Below, one piece after another: positions 60,332 through 64,000 of a stretch of DNA of 64,000 nt. The DNA comes from Nostoc sp. DedSLP01. Its GTDB lineage: Bacteria; Cyanobacteriota; Cyanobacteriia; Cyanobacteriales; Nostocaceae. The position numbers and the translations under genes are program-made. Positions within the stretch are counted from its first letter, which is position 1. The number at the start of each line of letters is the position of its first letter. Below the pieces are notes generated by a model. That model was not told where the DNA came from and ran no database searches. It saw only the letters and a list, made by a program, of their open reading frames with translations. The stretch lies in the NCBI GenBank assembly GCA_034530875.2, contig JAVRCJ020000021.1:64001-128000 (forward strand). The letters are read 5' to 3'.

Positions 60332-60554
60332 TCAAGCTTTTACTTTAGCTTTTGACCAAACACCGTTTTCATCTTCATCATATTGCTGGTGAATCGTATC
60401 CCAAGCAGCTTGCTCGGCTCTAAACTCATCACTTTTTTCATTGAGTACGGCATTATAGCGATCGATGAATGTACGCTGAGCTTCGCTAAAAAGATGAGCG
60501 CGAACTTCAGGAGACAAGTCTTCTGGGCTGTTGCATACTCCTGGGCAAGGACGC
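60332..60554 (-). pseudogene. 5'-truncated ChaB-domain gene
   Basis: Frame reads [21 protein letters not shown]...AAW and runs upstream straight into a dispersed repeat with no ATG. Confidence 0.6.
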
Positions 60555-60848
60555 TCGCGGACACGGCGAATCGCTGCTCTATCCTGCCTCCTGCCTCAAA
60601 ACCATTAACTCTCTACCTCATGCAAATCAAAACTGCTGTAATACGTCACCTTAGCGTTACGCCAAGGGAACTTGAGGGGGTAAAGGTAAAAGGGAAAAGG
60701 TTTTATCCCTTCCCCTCTAACATCAACCCTATTTCCCAGACCCAATTGAGCAATATTAGCTTGGCAGGTTGCTACTAGAGGGAAGAATAAATCTTCCCTC
60801 AAACTAGCTATATAGACTACCTCGTTAAAATCGGACATTTTCGGTTGG

Positions 60849-61388
60849 CTACACACCTATAGGAGTTTTAGTTTCTGTTGCTGGCTGTGTACCGTTTGCC
60901 TCTATTGCTTGTCCTTCAATAAACGAACGCAGCATCCAAGCCATCTCTTCATGTTCTTCCATTAATCCAGTCAAAAAGTCTGCTGTTCCTTGATCGTGGA
61001 AACTTTCACCAGAGCGATCTACATGATCTCTGAGGTTGCGAATAATCTGCTCGTGATCTTCAACCAAATTAGCTACCATTCCCGTTGCCGTGGGAACATC
61101 ACCAGCATGTTCCTTGAGAGTGGCAATCTTGAGAAATCCTTCCATTGAGCCAACTGGGTAACCACCCAAAGCACGAACTCGCTCTGCCAAAGCATCAATA
61201 TTTACTGTTAGTTTTTCGTAGTGTTCTTCCCAAAGCTGGTGCAAAGAACGAAACTGAGGGCCGACGACATCCCAATGATACTTTTTGGTTTTTACTAACA
61301 GTAGATAGGCATCTGCCAAATCTTGATTCAATAGATCGACTACACCTTGACGCTGTTCATCTGTTAGACCAATATTTATTCGACGCAT
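60849..61388 (-). CDS. dps: DNA starvation/stationary phase protection protein Dps
   Basis: KYHWDVVGPQFRSLHQLWEE, DALAERVRALGG, D.GTADFL, AWMLRS. Confidence 0.95.
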   Translation of the reverse strand: MRRINIGLTDEQRQGVVDLLNQDLADAYLLLVKTKKYHWDVVGPQFRSLHQLWEEHYEKLTVNIDALAERVRALGGYPVGSMEGFLKIATLKEHAGDVPTATGMVANLVEDHEQIIRNLRDHVDRSGESFHDQGTADFLTGLMEEHEEMAWMLRSFIEGQAIEANGTQPATETKTPIGV

Positions 61389-61849
61389 TGTTCTCCATCC
61401 TAAACAAACTTATTAATTATTAACATCACAAAATTACAACATAATCCACATCAACCAAAAGAAACATTGTGAGTTGAAATTAATTTCTACATTTTTCATT
61501 CTGTCTATGTCTTAATAGGTATTATTCAACCCAAATTACTTATTTGGTCATCAAATATGTAATTTAATATACTGAATTATCCGCTAGATAAAACAATAAA
61601 CAATGCGTGTAGTTACAAATAGGGAAATTTCTTTAAAAAAATTCGATGAAATGTATATAAAAATTTGATGATGCGTGCGGGAAAAGACTTACTAACAGTT
61701 TTTGTACGTTGAATGAGTCTGTATTTACCACGAACTAAAATTAAATCTTGAAAACAGTAATATTTACCTGTAAAAAATATTGACTATTGGGCAATATTAG
61801 AACATCAGAGTGTGTCTCCCATGACCTAATTGAGATTCATGGAGGCTAT

Positions 61850-62152
61850 ATGATTTTACTGAAAACTTCAAAATCTGCAACAAATATTCGGTGGAATCAG
61901 CAAAATAAGAAATTACAGACATATACTAATACTTTGTTGTTATCTGCATTGTCAATAACCACTATTTTTTGTACTGGTGCTATTTTGGCAGCCATTTGGC
62001 CATTCCTGATGTCTGTTGTATCTGCTCAGAGTTCGACTTCATTTAATCCTACATCAATTCCCTGGATACATAGTAAATTTGATTGCGAATATAGCGGACG
62101 CGATTGGTCAAATAATCAATGTTGGGATAAAGAACATAGTCCTATGTTTTGA
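61850..62152 (+). CDS. Hypothetical membrane-anchored protein with a small C-terminal Cys/Trp domain
   Basis: GGAGG RBS before ATG 61850; TM helix; IPW...C...GR.W...CWD.EH. Confidence 0.65.
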   Translation: MILLKTSKSATNIRWNQQNKKLQTYTNTLLLSALSITTIFCTGAILAAIWPFLMSVVSAQSSTSFNPTSIPWIHSKFDCEYSGRDWSNNQCWDKEHSPMF

Positions 62153-62338
62153 TTAATCTGATTGTTTTAGGACTGATGTATTTATTAAACAGCATTACAA
62201 AAATGCTTGAAAATTTGCAATTTGCAAAGATTATCAAATTGAATTTACTGTGTACGATTACCAATTAATAATGGGCGATCGCCTAAAATCAATCGCCCAT
62301 TATTACTAAAAAATTACCAAAGTCAAGTATTAATTACG

Positions 62339-62695
62339 TTACTTACCTGTAACTTTATCCAATACATTCTTGATGCTTTCTTCTACTGAGGTTGCGTTTT
62401 GTGAATTTTCAGGACGCTTTTGTTTGTCGAAGTCAGCAGCTCCTTGAACTTCATTGAGTCCTTCGTTAGACTTTCTTTGAACTTCTTCAAGTCCAGCGGG
62501 TGGTTTTCTAGCGTCTTCATCAGTTTGAGCCTGAATATCCAGCAGTTGTGTTTCGCCTTCGGTAGGCTTACTTTGGTAGCTGTCGATCGCAAAAGCAGGA
62601 AAAGCGTTAGATAATAATACTAAGGCACAAGTAAAAGCGACAACTAGAAAGCGTACTGGACGTAAGTTAGATAAAACAGAAGAAATAAGTTTCAT
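62339..62695 (-). CDS. Exported LEA-like / low-temperature-induced-type protein
   Basis: Signal peptide (PAFA); hydrophilic; GLNEVQGAAD motif. Confidence 0.7.
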   Translation of the reverse strand: MKLISSVLSNLRPVRFLVVAFTCALVLLSNAFPAFAIDSYQSKPTEGETQLLDIQAQTDEDARKPPAGLEEVQRKSNEGLNEVQGAADFDKQKRPENSQNATSVEESIKNVLDKVTGK

Positions 62696-63181
62696 TTGAA
62701 ATCCTCGATAACAGCGTTAACTACGCAACAAATTTACTCAACGGGCAAAGCTTATGCTCTTATTCGGTAAACTTTACCAATAAAACTAGTGAGCGATGTT
62801 CCAATATTGATGTTACTGAAAAATAAACTTGAAGGAATTACCTTTGTATTTGTACATCGACCCATAAATGGTTAACGAGCAAGTACTCTTGGTAAGTTCT
62901 TCATTCAATTTGGAACTGATTTATTTTTACTTTGCAAACTATAAGGCATACATCAATCTGTAGAATGAAGTTATTCCTATCTACAGTTAGAAAAAAAATC
63001 ACTCTCTAGGTATATCGACTTAATATACTATTGGTAGGTCAATAGTTTTGAGCTACTTGCTGTTGCAGCAACTCTATTTGATTTGTGAAATTTATACTGT
63101 CCGAATACCCTACTTATTAAATAAGTCGGGTATCTAACTTTGCATGGATAATTTAGTATGACTCTATGATGAAAATTACTC

Positions 63182-64000
63182 TCAAGACCTAGAGGTGTTA
63201 AAAATTTGATTGAAGATAATTTCACCTATAGTATTTTGGTAGATCCAAACACCATTAATTTGACCTTTGAAAGTTTTCTCTCCACTTAATTTTTCTGAAT
63301 ATTTAAACCCAGCACCTAAACCAGTTACTAAAACATTGGGTAAAGAACTTCCATCTTTGAGAAGTACCCTACCATTATCATCTATTCTCGCCCCTCGAGA
63401 ATCACAAAGCAATTCCATCTCATTACCTTCAGAGTCATAAATTGGAATTATATTTGCATCGTATCCGCAAGCATAAATAATCAGTGAGGTTTCATCTAAG
63501 TAAGTTTCTAAATTTTTCCATTTTTCGCTACTTAAAGGTATTTCTACTAAATTAATTCGTTTTTCTTGTTTTTCTTGACTCCATCCCATCACTTGTATAA
63601 ATAGTTCCCTGGAATCAGTACGCAGTCCTCCCAAACGATAGACTTTGTGAGTTGTTGGACAAATATCTTCTTCAGTAAAATCTGTATATCCATCTTCAAA
63701 GGCTTCTTGCCGAGAGTTATAGCATAACTTAATCCTACTCCGATGCAGAATTATAATATCACCATCACAAAAACTTACTTCTGTAACTTTATTTAAAAGA
63801 CACCATGCAGCAGCAAATGCACTATGAGATCCCCCAATAATAACCACTTTTTTTGAACTACTATTACGTAGCCTTTTTTGCATTTCATCTACACCAGGTT
63901 GCGTCAAGACAAAATCGCTCAAAAGTACCTTTTCAAGAAAGTAGTTAGAATAATTTAAATTTGCAAAAATTGTGTCACTAGTTAAATTTTGCTGGTGTTG
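63182..64000 (-). CDS. FAD/NAD(P)-dependent oxidoreductase, C-terminal part (extends beyond window)
   Basis: VVIIGGSHSA Rossmann-like motif and IIYACGY; frame appears open to the window edge. Confidence 0.65.
   Translation of the reverse strand, partial: QHQQNLTSDTIFANLNYSNYFLEKVLLSDFVLTQPGVDEMQKRLRNSSSKKVVIIGGSHSAFAAAWCLLNKVTEVSFCDGDIIILHRSRIKLCYNSRQEAFEDGYTDFTEEDICPTTHKVYRLGGLRTDSRELFIQVMGWSQEKQEKRINLVEIPLSSEKWKNLETYLDETSLIIYACGYDANIIPIYDSEGNEMELLCDSRGARIDDNGRVLLKDGSSLPNVLVTGLGAGFKYSEKLSGEKTFKGQINGVWIYQNTIGEIIFNQIFNTSRS

Noticed and set aside
1..64000. High density of GCGATCGC
   Set aside because: HIP1, a well-known genome-wide cyanobacterial feature; useful for taxonomy but not novel

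Overview
This is chromosomal DNA from a filamentous, probably Nostocales, cyanobacterium. The evidence is dense HIP1 GCGATCGC octamers, STRR heptamer arrays, REP/MITE-like dispersed repeats and a split DnaE intein. Housekeeping genes (ftsL-like, ftsI, dnaE-C, gatA, nagB, dps, kptA) are mixed with stress genes and accessory loci. The main candidate system spans 16.3-33.1 kb. It encodes a filamentous-haemagglutinin-like exoprotein, a TPR-CHAT protease, DUF928, a CHAT-CHASE2 membrane receptor, DUF1822 and an atypical sigma-70 factor. These genes enclose two unrelated secreted-protein genes that share a 39-bp, 36/39-identical promoter-like motif, which suggests a protease-controlled sigma cascade together with its regulon. 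Inside the same region is a 10.5 x 21-bp tandem array directly upstream of a small uncharacterised coiled-coil gene. Other highlights are an ETR1-type ethylene-binding sensor kinase, a diiron-oxidase/methyltransferase pair, tandem AAA+ ATPases, nested small mobile repeats and a repeat-truncated ChaB gene. No rRNA, intact tRNA, CRISPR array or transposase was recognised. All calls come from manual motif recognition; no searches were run.
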